A stretch of 59,197 bases of DNA, counting the filler, from Sphacelaria rigidula (lineage: Eukaryota): assembly GCA_964200075.2 (NCBI GenBank). It is 5 parts of 5 records of this genome, joined end to end, with 100 filler letters (N's around TTAATTAATTAA, not from the genome) between each part and the next. Parts side by side here need not be neighbours in the genome. Positions count along the whole stretch, not along the records: positions 35,582 to 47,340 come from CAXNAA020004543.1; 4 more parts are not named here. The stretch is one strand, 5' to 3'. The position numbers and the translations under genes were made by a program. This document shows positions 35,660 through 47,440 of the stretch, in pieces (positions within the stretch are counted from its first letter, which is position 1; each line of letters starts with the position of its first letter). Under the pieces are notes generated by a model, which was not told the DNA's origin, did no database searches, and saw only the letters and a program-made list of their open reading frames with translations.

Positions 35660-35945
35660 TTTAAAAATAACGAGAGAACGATCCCCGGCAGGCGCGTTTA
35701 GGCCTATTCTTTGGAGTGTCGAAGTATTTGATTTCCGCCTTTTGAAGGCGTGAAGATGTTGGTGGCGAAAATATTCTGTCCGGCTGGATGTGTTCGATGA
35801 GAATTGACGGGATGCGGAAGTATTGATGGTCATGGTCCAATCCGCGAGACCAAAAATGTAAGGCGTGTGCCGGGGGGAGATAGGTTGATTCCTTGACATC
35901 ACGGACTCGTGTCGAGGAAGAGAAGGGGTCAAAATGATGACGGGG
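35660..35945 (+). mobile_element. SINE family B body (degenerate head)
   Basis: ggtcatggtccaatccgcgagaccaaaatgtaaggcgtgtgccggggggagatagg is the reverse complement of 51800-51865. Confidence 0.7.
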
Positions 35946-36004
35946 AGAAAGAAAATGTGACGAAAAAATAGGCCACCTTGATTGATCCATCGAGTAATTG
36001 ACTA

Positions 36005-36900
36005 TCACACATCAACGGACCCGCTAAGAATCCGGATTTGGTCGCCAGATATGCAAACCTCAGACCACCAGGTGCGTTCACCGGTCAAGTTGGGTCCCAG
36101 GTAAAATCCAACCACCGATCTTCTCCTTCGAAGGCGTAGTCTGTCGGAATTAAACGCATTGTCCCAATATCTGCCATGCCGTGGATGATAGCATGTATCG
36201 TCCGTGATAGTGAGATTATTTTCAGTATCGATTTTGTCAAAAACTAGGGCGGTCATGTCTCCCGAACGTTCTGCCAATGAAAAGACATCGTTGACGTATT
36301 CGGGAAATGGGATTGTTTGGCAGCGCGGAACCGTTTTCGATAAAGAACGCCGAGTTAAAAAGCTGGTTCCGGGGGGTGATATCCAGCATCATATGCTCAT
36401 ACGGTAAGAAAGTAATATCATTGCAGCACCTTGTCAACAGGGAGGGGGGAAATCATTCTTTCGGGCACAGTTGATATTTTGTTAATACTATTTAACATAC
36501 ATTTTCAACAATTTATTTTTCTTTAGATCATATGCATAGTTCTTCACACCCTGGACAATTGATTGTATTGTCAAAAATTGTACGGCGTACAGTATGGAAT
36601 CTAGTGTCTGTTTCGATAGGCGTAATAGTTGATACTGTACGCAGTATAGTTTTTTACGCTGTATTCCATTGTCATCATCCAGGTTATGTCATCATCCAAA
36701 GGAGATTGCATATTTTCTGCTCCTTTGCATCAACTACGATTGTGTAGATCAATGACGTTTCTTTCGATACCACTGTGCGGTTTTCTGCTTCGCTTTCAGC
36801 AACGTGAGTGGTGAACGAAAGTCTATCGTATTCAGAGCCCCCGCACAGGTTCAAAAGAAGCGTATTCGACAACATTTGTCAATCCCACCTTCATACCCTT
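36005..36900 (-). pseudogene. Decayed intronless ORF patch of unknown origin (possibly viral)
   Basis: Successive protein-like frames on the minus strand (36005..36277, 36237..36437, 36684..36875) can be linked by frameshifts; the sequence is AT-richer than host exons. Confidence 0.3.
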
Positions 36901-37318
36901 TTGGGACTTGACTTTTCTCCCACGAAATGTCAGTCTTTGGGAATGTTTCTCGGCACTATTCAATTGGGAGGACATCATGAAACATCTAAGCAACGACAAA
37001 CGACACCTTTCGAACGCCCACATTACACTGAACGGGATTCCCAACAATCGCTAAGACCCGCACAAATGCGTGCATGTAGGAAGTTGATCCCAAGAACTTG
37101 GCGTCCCAAGGAGAAATTATTTGTCTTGAGGGAGTGATGGCGTCACTGCTTAATCCCACGATGAATGTCCACAGGGCTATGACGAAGGACATCGGTTCCC
37201 AAACGGCTACGAGTAAGTAATCCCAACCGCGATCTGTACCTCGACCTTCGGACACCACGAAACCCAATCCCTAGCCCTAACGACGGCGGCCGTACCTATC
37301 GCAACCAAATGACAACAG

Positions 37319-37468
37319 GTGCCGACGCGACATAAGGGGAAATCTGCCTTGGCTCAGCTTTGGAAAGACATGAAGCGAGACACCGTTTCGATAAACGGGA
37401 GGGTGTTGAAGGGGGAAAGGGGTCCCGAGGCTATAGTGGGAGCGCTGACGAGATGCATCCTTGCACAG
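37319..37468 (+). CDS. Gene C (hypothetical protein, 5' end missing), exon with a probable GC donor
   Basis: gacaacag|gtg; ALAQLWKDMKRDTVSINGRVLKGERGPEAIVGALTRCILAQ. The best phase-0 donor at the end of the coding-like stretch is CAG|GCGAGA. Confidence 0.65.
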
Positions 37469-38626
37469 GCGAGACGACCAAATAGAGGGGAGCGTGCTTG
37501 ACATGCGAACGGCTGAATAAAAACGTTACTGGTTGGCATCTTGCAAGAGAGACGGTAAAGCTGTGCCTACTGGAAAAAATAAGCTACGTACTGGGCGCTG
37601 TCCTACATCATCCATGGTGCATGGTCGGTACTGAGACGTGTAATTTCGGCGTCCTGGATAATCGAAAGAAATGCCGCGGACGTTCTGAGGGGCTGCGATC
37701 GACGTGCTAAAAAAGTTGCGAAGATTTTGTGAGCGCAACGGTCGTTGTTTTGCGAGACGCTGCGGCTCACGCGTGGAGCATACACGGCTGATCTGAAAGT
37801 AAAACCACCGTGGTCACACTGTAGCTACTCGCTGAAAGATGCGCAGGGAGTATCCAAAAAAAAAAGAGGGCACGTTCAACCTGCTGACAGCTTGTGGCCG
37901 ACGTTTTGGCGAGCTACGGTAGTGCTGGCGGTAACTCTACACCCTCGGCGCACGGCACAAGCACGTTTTCCACTGGCGGCGTTTTCCAAGCATGGGCCCT
38001 TCGCGACTAGTAGTGTTAGTCCTGAAGTTCGTGTTGTCCATCTTGTTTGGGCGATCTTAAGGAGCTGCACTGAAAATGTTATCGATGAGCAAGCACATCG
38101 CGACCCCCGCCATCTCGGAGGAGAACTAGTCCCGGAGTAGTAGAGATGATTTTGACTTCTTGTCTTAGAAACAAATTACTTGGTGAAAGTGGATGAACTG
38201 CAGTAGTGCTGACCCGACACTCGACAACGAAGTGGAAGGCATGTACCCAGGGAGAGACAGGGTTTGATCCCTTGAGCCTGAAGGATTCGTCGCGACAAAG
38301 GGGGGGGGGGGCTCGACCGTACAACAGAAGCAGCGATCTTGTATCCATGACAACCAACACAGCAGGAACGCTGCAAAAAGTGCGTATAATAGAGTACACG
38401 CTCGGTACCATGGAAGGCATGAAAGATAAGATCTGTCACCAAAGAACGCCTCTTCGTGTGTGAGAGCACCACACCGGTGGAAAATATGACGATGTTTGCT
38501 TCCAAAAATAGCATCACATTGACTGCCGTTACCGCAGCGGTCCATCAACGATGGCAACACACCCAGAAAACGCACGCGTCGCGTCACGGTGATCTTTTGT
38601 TTGTGCTTGGTCGCGCCCTTATCCAG

Positions 38627-38749
38627 GCTGGCAGACTCCCACCAGGCGATTCGCTCTCGAAGCTATCAGAGGCGAGAAGCCTCCTTGCTGCTAGAGACGT
38701 GTTGCTGGCCTGTGACCGCACCACGTCGGGCGGCGACACCTATCTCGTG
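38627..38749 (+). CDS. Gene C, internal exon
   Basis: ttatccag|gct ... gtg|gtcagt, phase 0/0; ARDVLLACDRTTSGGDTYLV runs into VDNLCRNPDLVVL of the next exon. Confidence 0.75.
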
Positions 38750-39175
38750 GTCAGTTCATAGACCGAATAGTACCAACAAATTCGGACCAGTTCGCACAAA
38801 CCTTACCAGCATCTCATTTGGGTCGTCCCCACTATTATAGTGACGACCCGGATTATGAACGTCGAATAACTAATTGAATCGCTTCCCGGCATGTGTTTAT
38901 CGGCGTATCTGCTGTGACTATTGTATAACACCATTCAGTTACCGCCGGCATCTATGTTGAACGACCTGCATCCATCCACTAGACATCACCCGCCATTCAC
39001 CCGTTCTTCTACCCAGGCATGAGCTAGGTGTACCTGGCAGCCATTTTCACACGTATCTGTGGCCAGAGAAACCAGCAGAAGGTAACCAAAGCACGGACAT
39101 TGCTCTGTAAGAAAGACCACACACACTGGCCCTCATAATATGCCACACACCAAGCCGATCTCACTCCTCATACAG

Positions 39176-40513
39176 GTGGACAATCTCTGCCGCAACCCCG
39201 ACCTCGTAGTGCTGGTTCCAGCCTCTCAGGAAGCGGAGCCGCTAGACATTCAGGTTACTCTCCACCCCCGTCCGACTTGCCTTCCGCGCACTCCTACACA
39301 CACCCCACCGCCGGACGCCAACGTCGGCATCGGCACCGCCAGCACCAACAACACCAACAACACAATAGCCAACACCACCACTACGAACAACAACACCACC
39401 ACCACCATCACCACCACCACCAACAACAACAACAACAACGGCCGCCGCCGCGCGGCACCCCCCGGCTACCCTGTATCGGCGGCGGCGCTCCTCGCCCTAG
39501 AATCTCCCACGTTATTTGGAGATATTTCTGCGTCGACTGCAGCCGACCTTAAGCACGGTGGAATACCGTCGCCGCTGTCAAGGGGAAACGTCGGTGTCAC
39601 AGATGACGTCGTCGTCAGCGGTGTTCGTGATGAAGGAGATGGTCGTGTGACGAGCGGCTTCCCAGCTGTACCGACAGCGGTGTGGCCGTTAAATGGCGGA
39701 AGCGAGAGCGCAAAAGCGAGCGGTGACGTGCCGTCGTCGGAGCCCAAGCGGCGGGGAGGGAGACTCGCTTTGACGGGAAAGCGGCGTCCCAAGTCAACGC
39801 GCTCGAGAAGCAATGCGATCGGTGGGGGACGGGACACACCTGATACGGGTGTCACTGGTGTTGCTGGGGCGACTGCGGGTAGCGATATCGGAAGGGTACT
39901 GACGCACACAGATATTAGAGCGGCAACTACCACCGCCGCCGGCAACAGCCCCAAGAGTCCCTTCAGCAAGAGCCGCAGTGGAGAAGTGTTCGCTGCGACG
40001 GCCCCTACACGACCACTGTTTCATGCTCCGCATGCTTCGCAGGCGCTGGCGGCGACGTCCCCTGCCGCGATGATCACCCGTGCTTTCTCCGACCCAATGG
40101 AGGAGCGACAGTGTTTCCGAGAGAGTGGGAAGGATGCACGCGACGGCAGGAGTAGCGGCAGTCGCGGTAGCGGTAGCGGCGGCAGAGTATTTTCGTCGCT
40201 TGGGAGACGGAAGAGCATTGGCGTTCAAGGGGGCAACGGGAGCGTAGGGGGGTTGAGTTCGACGACCCCGGGGAAGATTCAGAGTTTTCAGGACCAGTTC
40301 GGTAGCGGTGATTGTGGTGTATGGAGCGCGATCAACACTGCCCCCCCTCGGTCGACGTCTGGTGTGTTTTTTGGGGAAGATACGTCGGATGGAGGGCAAG
40401 GATCGGATTCTTCCAACGAGGAAGACGGAGATGGGCCGCCGTCACGAAGAAGTTACATTCGGGTGGCGTGCACGGCGCGAACATCGTACAAGCTTTTTTC
40501 GAGCGATCCTCAG
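39176..40513 (+). CDS. Gene C, large internal exon
   Basis: catacag|gtg ... cag|gtgcgg, phase 0/0, within ORF 39140..40567. Confidence 0.8.
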
Positions 40514-40977
40514 GTGCGGAGATGTTCTTCTGTACGTGTATGGGATACATCTTTCAGCATGTATTGAGGATATCTTTCTCTGTGTATCCGGGAAGGGCCG
40601 GGGAGGGGGGGGGGGGTACTCATGATCATACATGCCATAGTCATCAGACATTTGACCTCGCATCCCTAAAAAGCCGGGACGGAGCACGCCGCGTTTTCGC
40701 CGAACTAGGCTCGCAATCACCAAGCGCGAAGCACCGTAATGTGCTCGGCGAGTCGCACGAGGGGTTATCTCCACCCTGTCAAGCATGGTCGGCCCGAATT
40801 GTACTGATTATCTTGCATGTGGGTGAGAGCCTCTAATGAGTTGCTTCGTGTTCTGGAATCGCCACTTCTAGAGACAGCCCCGGATTATAGTACACACTAC
40901 CTCATGGGTCTCTCACCCGGGGGGGGGGCACAATGACATAATTAATAAGCCCAAAAAGTGTTTCGGAAATTGTATTA

Positions 40978-41249
40978 GGCCCATTATCATCGACACTGTT
41001 TTTTCGGAGATCTCGATTATCGGGACTTTTATGTACGTGATGATTCTCGCATACTTGCGAGCGCTACGGTGTTTATGCGGGGCAGCTCTCCGAGGTGCTG
41101 CGTTGCAGTCAGAATTTTTCGGACTTCTCCAAAATGAAGCTTCGGAGAGAATATCAAGCCGCTTCGTTCTCGGAGAAGTCTGAACGCGAAGTCCGAAAAT
41201 TCTGAAAAATTCTGACATCTCTGAAAAACAGTGTCGATAATAATGGGCC
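40978..41249. mobile_element. PIF/Harbinger-type (Tourist-like) MITE
   Basis: TIRs GGCCCATTATCATCGACACTGTTTTT / AAAAACAGTGTCGATAATAATGGGCC, flanked by TTA on both sides. Confidence 0.8.
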
Positions 41250-42597
41250 TTAGCGGGCATCAACCTACATATACAGCGATCTGTATCTGATACTTCCTGT
41301 CCCATAAGTCAAGGGAGCAAGGTAATACGTACCCTTAACCTTGTCCGTTTTTTTTTTTTTTAATGCGTTCTTTGGCGTTTCTATAGTCAAAAGCCAACTT
41401 TTTCTTTCGATCAATTTCGCTTTCCCCGGGCGGCCGAACGGTCGAAAAACAGCAGTCGGCCTGATAATGGCCATGTTCCGCCCCCTTTTTTCTGGGGGCA
41501 AAATATGAAAAAGCTGAAAAAATGGCATAAAACGCCAAAACCTCTTCATTTTAGTTCACCTCTCATGCAGAGGTTAGCTACGCGTTGTCGCGTTTTCCTC
41601 CATATCCAGTATCTAGTACAAAAATGACAAAATCGGTCGAATTGGCAAAACCCGGATTTGCAAGTGGTTAAAATTGATTCGCTTTTAACGCGAATATTGA
41701 GGCAAAAATCGAATTAATTCACGTATTTTTCTTGTCGATGGGTTTCCCCTCCCTTGCTTACGTTATGTTTCATCTTACCGACGATACCAACTTTGATGTG
41801 GTACACACACGCCTCTGGAGTGGGGTGAACGTTCCTTCCTTCTAAACTCAAAGACCCTCCCTCATGGGCCAAAGAAAGTAGCCGTACATAGCAGCGCTTA
41901 AAGCAACTGAGTATTGAGACGGCAAAAATAGCGCTGGCGAATAAGCTGAAAGCTTTCTCCGTCTGTACAATACTTCTCTGGGCGATGCTTCACCCATGTT
42001 TATATTGTACAAACGCGGCCATCTGGCTACCCCCAAAAATACTCCGTTCCGGTCAACTTTTCCAGCCTCCAGAGGAATTAAACCCCTCCAGACGGTGCGC
42101 GGCGCTCTAGAGGGGTGAGATTGAACGCCTCCAGAGGCTGGCTTTGCCTCTGGAGGGTCGCGCATCCCTCTGGAGGAATTTGGAGGATACGCGTCCCTCC
42201 AGAGCACCATCTTTCTTGTTGCTCTCGAGGGAATCAGACCCCAGAAGTCACTGGAGCATCAGATGCCCTCCAGAGGATTCGTTTTATGACCGGAACCGAG
42301 TATGAAATACCCTCTGGAGGGCATCTTTATCCTCCGGAGGGTCACTTTACCCTCGAGAGGATGAAAATTGCGATATATGACTTTTAAGGGGGTAGCTGAA
42401 TGGCCGCGTGTGTATAGTGGTACCGAAAATTTGGCTTGTGCTCGCGATGCTGTTTTGTATCCGATTTTGCGGAATTAAATATCGAGCGGGCGTGACCGGT
42501 GAACGTTGCCCGCCGCCGGTGCGAAATACTGTGGGATGTGATGTGCTGTAGCCATTCTAGGAATACTCTCACAGAAAATGTGAACCTCAAAGTAAAA

Positions 42598-43226
42598 GCC
42601 GATCATCGAAATTGAGGATGGAGCTTTTTATTGAGGATGAGAACCCGGAGGATTAAAATATTTGCATCTACACCAAATCTTCGAAATATGGTTCCATTCT
42701 TTCACCTACTGGTAGCTATTGACAACTACTGTACGCCATACAAATTTGGATTTCGATAATCGAAATATTGGGGTCCTAGATGAAGAAACACCTTTGGGCA
42801 CTTTAGGTGATCCGATCGGATCGCCGAAATTCCCCAAAATTGTTTTTTTCACCTAGGACCCCAACATTTCGGTTATTGAAATCCAAATTTGTATGACGTC
42901 TAGTACTTGTCAACAGCTATCAGAAGGTGAAGGAATTGATTGATTGATTTTTATTGATTGTCGCACTTTAACTGACCCCCCAGGGGTCCAGCCGTGGTCT
43001 CATGATAGACGTAACTGAAACACGCTCTGAGCAAAAGAAGGAACAGAAAAAAAAAGGAGGGGGCTTCGAACAGAACGACATAGCAGACTAAGTCGTAACA
43101 AAACAAAACTAATTAAAAGGTTAACAAAAGCAAAGCACAGAAATAAATGGCCGACCTAAAACAAGAAAAAAGGAAAAGAAGAGGAAAATACAGAGCAAAT
43201 AAATAAAATAAAATAAAACGATGGGA

Positions 43227-43258
<32 letters not shown>

Positions 43259-43359
43259 ATGGAACCATATTTCGAAGGTGTGGTGTGGATACGGAGATCT
43301 TCATCCTCCGGGTTCTCATCCTCAATGAAAAGCTCCATCATCAATTTTGCTGATCGGCT
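42598..43359. mobile_element. Fold-back MITE interrupted by a retroposon 3' fragment (42937..43256)
   Basis: Left arm 42598-42815 pairs with 42816-42936 plus 43257-43359; palindromic centre gatccgatcggatc. Confidence 0.8.
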
Positions 43360-43558
43360 GTCAAGGGTTGTGTGAACGATTTGCGTAACGTTTTCGACGC
43401 CAAAAAATCTCCCGTATTTCCGTTTCCGCCAAGAAATGACTGACCACAGTCTTGTCGCCTATCTTGCCATTCAAATATCGGACGTCAATTGTTAGGGTTT
43501 ACCGGTTGATTTGCAAACAAATATTCCCACGCTTATGCACTGTCCCCCGATCTTACAG

Positions 43559-43689
43559 GACGAAGACAGGGATATTTATGCTGTAGTGACGGGTCAGTTC
43601 GAACAGACGTTCACCATATCCAAAGAGGTCGTCAATGGGGGCGGCTTCGGGCAACTGCGAAGAATGGGCAGCGCCACGCGAACAGAAGG
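43559..43689 (+). CDS. Gene C, penultimate exon
   Basis: cttacag|gac ... gg|gtaagt, phase 0/2; DEDRDIYAVVTGQFEQTFTI. Confidence 0.75.
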
Positions 43690-44191
43690 GTAAGTCAAAA
43701 AGGAGAAATTGACCAATCGGTTTATTCCCTGGACAAGTGGATCGATCATCCAAACCACTTGCACGCCGTAGGGGTGCATATATATTCTTTCTGAGGCTCT
43801 GCACTGTCGGAGTTTCTCGATGACAAACATTTGGGGCTTAGTGGGCAGCCCCAGAAAACTCTTGGAATAAAAAGTGCACCCCTACCGTAGAATCCTCCCC
43901 CCCCCTTCTTTGTAGGAATGCGAGGTCAATGGTCTTTTTTTTTGCTATGGCATGCATAGTCATGAGTACACTCCCCGCGCCGCTGGACAACATGGAGCAC
44001 CTCTTCCCTTTCCGTATTAATCAGTGGGCGGGTAAGTGCAACGTTTTCGGGGTAGCTGCGCCCGCCGAAAGTCTTTGTCCACGTACACATCGCGCCCTTG
44101 ATGCAGCAAGCCTATACTTATTTTGTTTCGTGTCTAAAAAGATTGCCGCACATTTCTCTCACCACGCGCGGTATGACCCCGGTTCGCATAG

Positions 44192-44756
44192 GAGCGTGGC
44201 GTTCCTTACTTTTCACGAGCCTTTGGTGAAGAGGGAGAGCATAGACCAAAATAGCGAAGCCGGGACTGCTACTAAGCACGCAGCTGATGCAGCTGACGGC
44301 GGCATTGCCTCGAGTTCGCTACCACCCCCAACCACAGCAGTAGCAGCAGCAGCGGCAGCAGCAACGACACGACAATGTGCCACAACGCCTCGAAGATATG
44401 TCGCCCCAACCACTCCCGACTCCAACAACGACAACGGCAACAACAACAACAACAACAACAACGGCAGCACTAACGCCGCAGGACAAGTTCAGCCGAAAAA
44501 CCCCGATTGTTCACGGCATTTTGCGTTGCAAGATCTTTTCAGCTCCGAATCTGATGCGGACGACGAAGACGACGACATCAGGGCACGCATTCGCCAACAA
44601 GAATCTACTCCAAGGGGCACCCTGGTCGGCGAAGCCGGAGATGCCGGAAGGGCGGGGGCTGGGGCACACTTGCCTGTAGACGAGATCGGAGGCAGAGTTG
44701 GCGCCGTGCGATTAGGACCGATAGACGTTGGCGTTGCGGGCAGTGGTGTGGCATAA
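44192..44756 (+). CDS. Gene C, terminal exon
   Basis: cgcatag|g, phase 2, in ORF 43929..44756. The five exons total 2307 nt (769 codons). An alternative in-frame acceptor exists at 43916. Confidence 0.65.
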
Positions 44757-45064
44757 CGGCTGCACAGGTGGCCACTGGGGTCCGTAACCTGGCCATTTGG
44801 GGGCCTTATCCACCTTTGGCAAGGTCCGCGGGTTGGGTAGACAACTGAAGAGCATTCGCACAGCATGGACAGGATCGAAACAAAACATGCCCCAGTCTAT
44901 AGGCGGGTGACTCCCCTGTAAACTGGAACATGCGTTGTTTCGAACCTGTCCATGCTGAGCGAATGCTCTTCAGTTGTCCACCTAATCCGCGGACCTTGCC
45001 AAATGTGGATGAGGTCCCAAAATGGCCAGGTTACAGACCCCAGTGGCCACCCGTGCGGGTACCG
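44757..45064. repeat. About 300-bp near-perfect inverted repeat (fold-back element) starting right after the gene C stop codon
   Basis: ggtggccactggggtccgtaacctggccattt...ccagtctatagg pairs with cctgtaaactgg...aaatggccaggttacagaccccagtggccacc around a loop of about 11 nt. Confidence 0.9.
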
Positions 45065-47340
45065 GCATCATCAGTTGTGGCCGGTTTCTCTCTTGATTCC
45101 TTCTTTATCTGTTCGGCTGTGCGACCTGGAAACTCCTGGGGACAAACTCGAATTGATCATTCCAACACAAAACACCGTACTCTCATCCGAATGGGTCGGC
45201 GATAAGTGGGGAAAACTATAGGTGTATTTCAAGAATTGAAAGCGACCTACACTCACGTCGAAGAAACACATCCCCCCGTTCCCCTCTCTGAGCTTCGTTT
45301 GATGTAGACTTGCGTGTCTCGCGGTACTTAGGTGGGGGATTATAACATGTTTTCACTGTTGAATAGTGGCATACGTAGCTTGTTCTTGTATTTATTGTCT
45401 TAGCTCTCAGCATCCCTTAATTCGTTACAAGAGGGACGGTAGTCGTGTTAGTCGTGCTCACTGTACCGGCTTTTTCTAGTATCCATGTACGATAGTGTTG
45501 TTGCGGTGTACGATGTACCTACCCAATATAAAACCCGTTTTTTGCCGCATGGTGACGTGAATTCGCGGTATTGAGCGAGCAGCGTAGCGTGTGTGTTCAG
45601 GCGCGTCCCGGTTGGGGTCGGGCTCGTCGAAACCACGCGCAAATTAAAAAAAACAAAATTTCCCTTGCATTCCATGTAAACACGAAAATAGAGGAGCAGG
45701 CGGGTGGCGATGAGACGGTGCAGTAATAGCAGAAGCTCGGTAAATCCAGCGCAAGAAAAAAAGGCTCAAATTTTTTGTCGGTCACTGAATTTAGTATAAA
45801 TTATCTTGGCTCTCGCAAAAACCACGTATTACGGAGCTGGCAAAGGCCACGGAGAAGAATACCTCCTCGTCGGTAACAGATGTTCAACCCTATATATGGT
45901 ACACCACGGGCGGGTCACAGGGAAAAGGTGCACAAAACCTTGAGTTTTTGGAGAAGCGATACCCTTACTCCCCTAAAAAGATCCCGCGAATTGAACGATC
46001 CGCAAAGCATGCGCCTTGCACCGCTATGATAACGGCCGGATGTAATGACCCACCTCGCTGTTCCTTTGCTGGAATATAGAGGAATGGAACAATTCGTCGA
46101 GTGAACCAGGGAAGTAGCTTGGCCATGAAAAAGTGGCGATGGCCGTCTTCAAGTCGTGCACACTTGATTTTCATAGTATATTCTCGGTTTTTTTCTTGAG
46201 CTGGTATACACGCAAGCAATGGGTGCGCTTGCCTCTCTATGAATCAGCTCCGGCAAAGCGAAACAGTGTTACCGTGTGTAGGGACACATTGCCTCCTACA
46301 GTACAAAACGCCCTGCGCAGCCCTCAGAAAAACACGGCGAGCTCGCCTACGACTTACACTTGAACACGCCCCAGCCAGGTGTAACCCATTATCCTCACTT
46401 GTCCAATACACACTATTGAGTGGGGTGACAAAAAAAAAAAAAACGCCGGAAATCTGTCGATTTTGTGAAGTTACACGCGCAAAAAGTCTGCACTGGCTGC
46501 AAGTGCCTCCTTCATGTTCAGTGTAGCGAACGTCTATCGCACACGCTTCTCCGCAGGGCGACCCTCTGGGTAAACATCCTGCATACCCCCGCACGGCATG
46601 ATTTTTTCACGTCATCTAAATATTTCCGCATGCACCACACGATGTGGTGACAAAAGTAGCAACCGCACGAGCTCCGAAGACTACTCCACGGGTTCACGGG
46701 ACGCCGCTTCGCGGTTAGGCCTGACCCTAGTACAAAGCGGTAGTGTTAGTCTTGACCTCTAAGACATGTGTCGGCGCCACTTCCTCGGACACACGGGGTA
46801 TCCTTTGCTCATGTCTAAGCTCGGCCTTCCAGAAAACGCAAGCGCCCTCCATTCTCCGTACACTCAAATTTCAACTCTGCCACCTGAGGTGGTGGTTTCG
46901 TGCTATTTGGACACGCTAACGAGCAGCGCATCGCACTCTCGTCGGAACGACTCCTCCAGTGATGGCAGCAGCTTGGTGTCGAAAATATCCTGATCATCAT
47001 CAACATCACCGTCATCAAGACCGTCACCGTTCACGGAAACAGCGGACACGGTTTGCGAAGGGGGAGAGGGGACATGAGCGGTATACTTACCGTATACCAA
47101 CTGTGCCTAGTCAGAACAATCATCCGGCGTCGGCATATTCAAAACACACGCACATTCTCCCAGTATGACTCGAGCGTAACGTTTGGAATAGACACATGGT
47201 GGACAACTTGGCGGCAAGCCTCGGATTGCAGTTTCACGTATTTCTCACGCATGCACGCATTCTACATTACGAAAATCACAAGCCAGGATTTTTATTTCGT
47301 CTTTATTTTTATTTTTATTTTTATTTTATTTGGGGGGGGG

Positions 47341-47440
47341 NNNNNNNNNNNNNNNNNNNNNNNNNNNNNNNNNNNNNNNNNNNNTTAATTAATTAANNNN
47401 NNNNNNNNNNNNNNNNNNNNNNNNNNNNNNNNNNNNNNNN
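47341..47440. other. Artificial contig spacer
   Basis: N block with TTAATTAATTAA. Confidence 0.98.

Noticed and set aside
37137..37211. Upstream exon of gene C ending at A|gtaagt
   Set aside because: The open frames end in phase 1 or 2, while the exon at 37319 needs phase 0.
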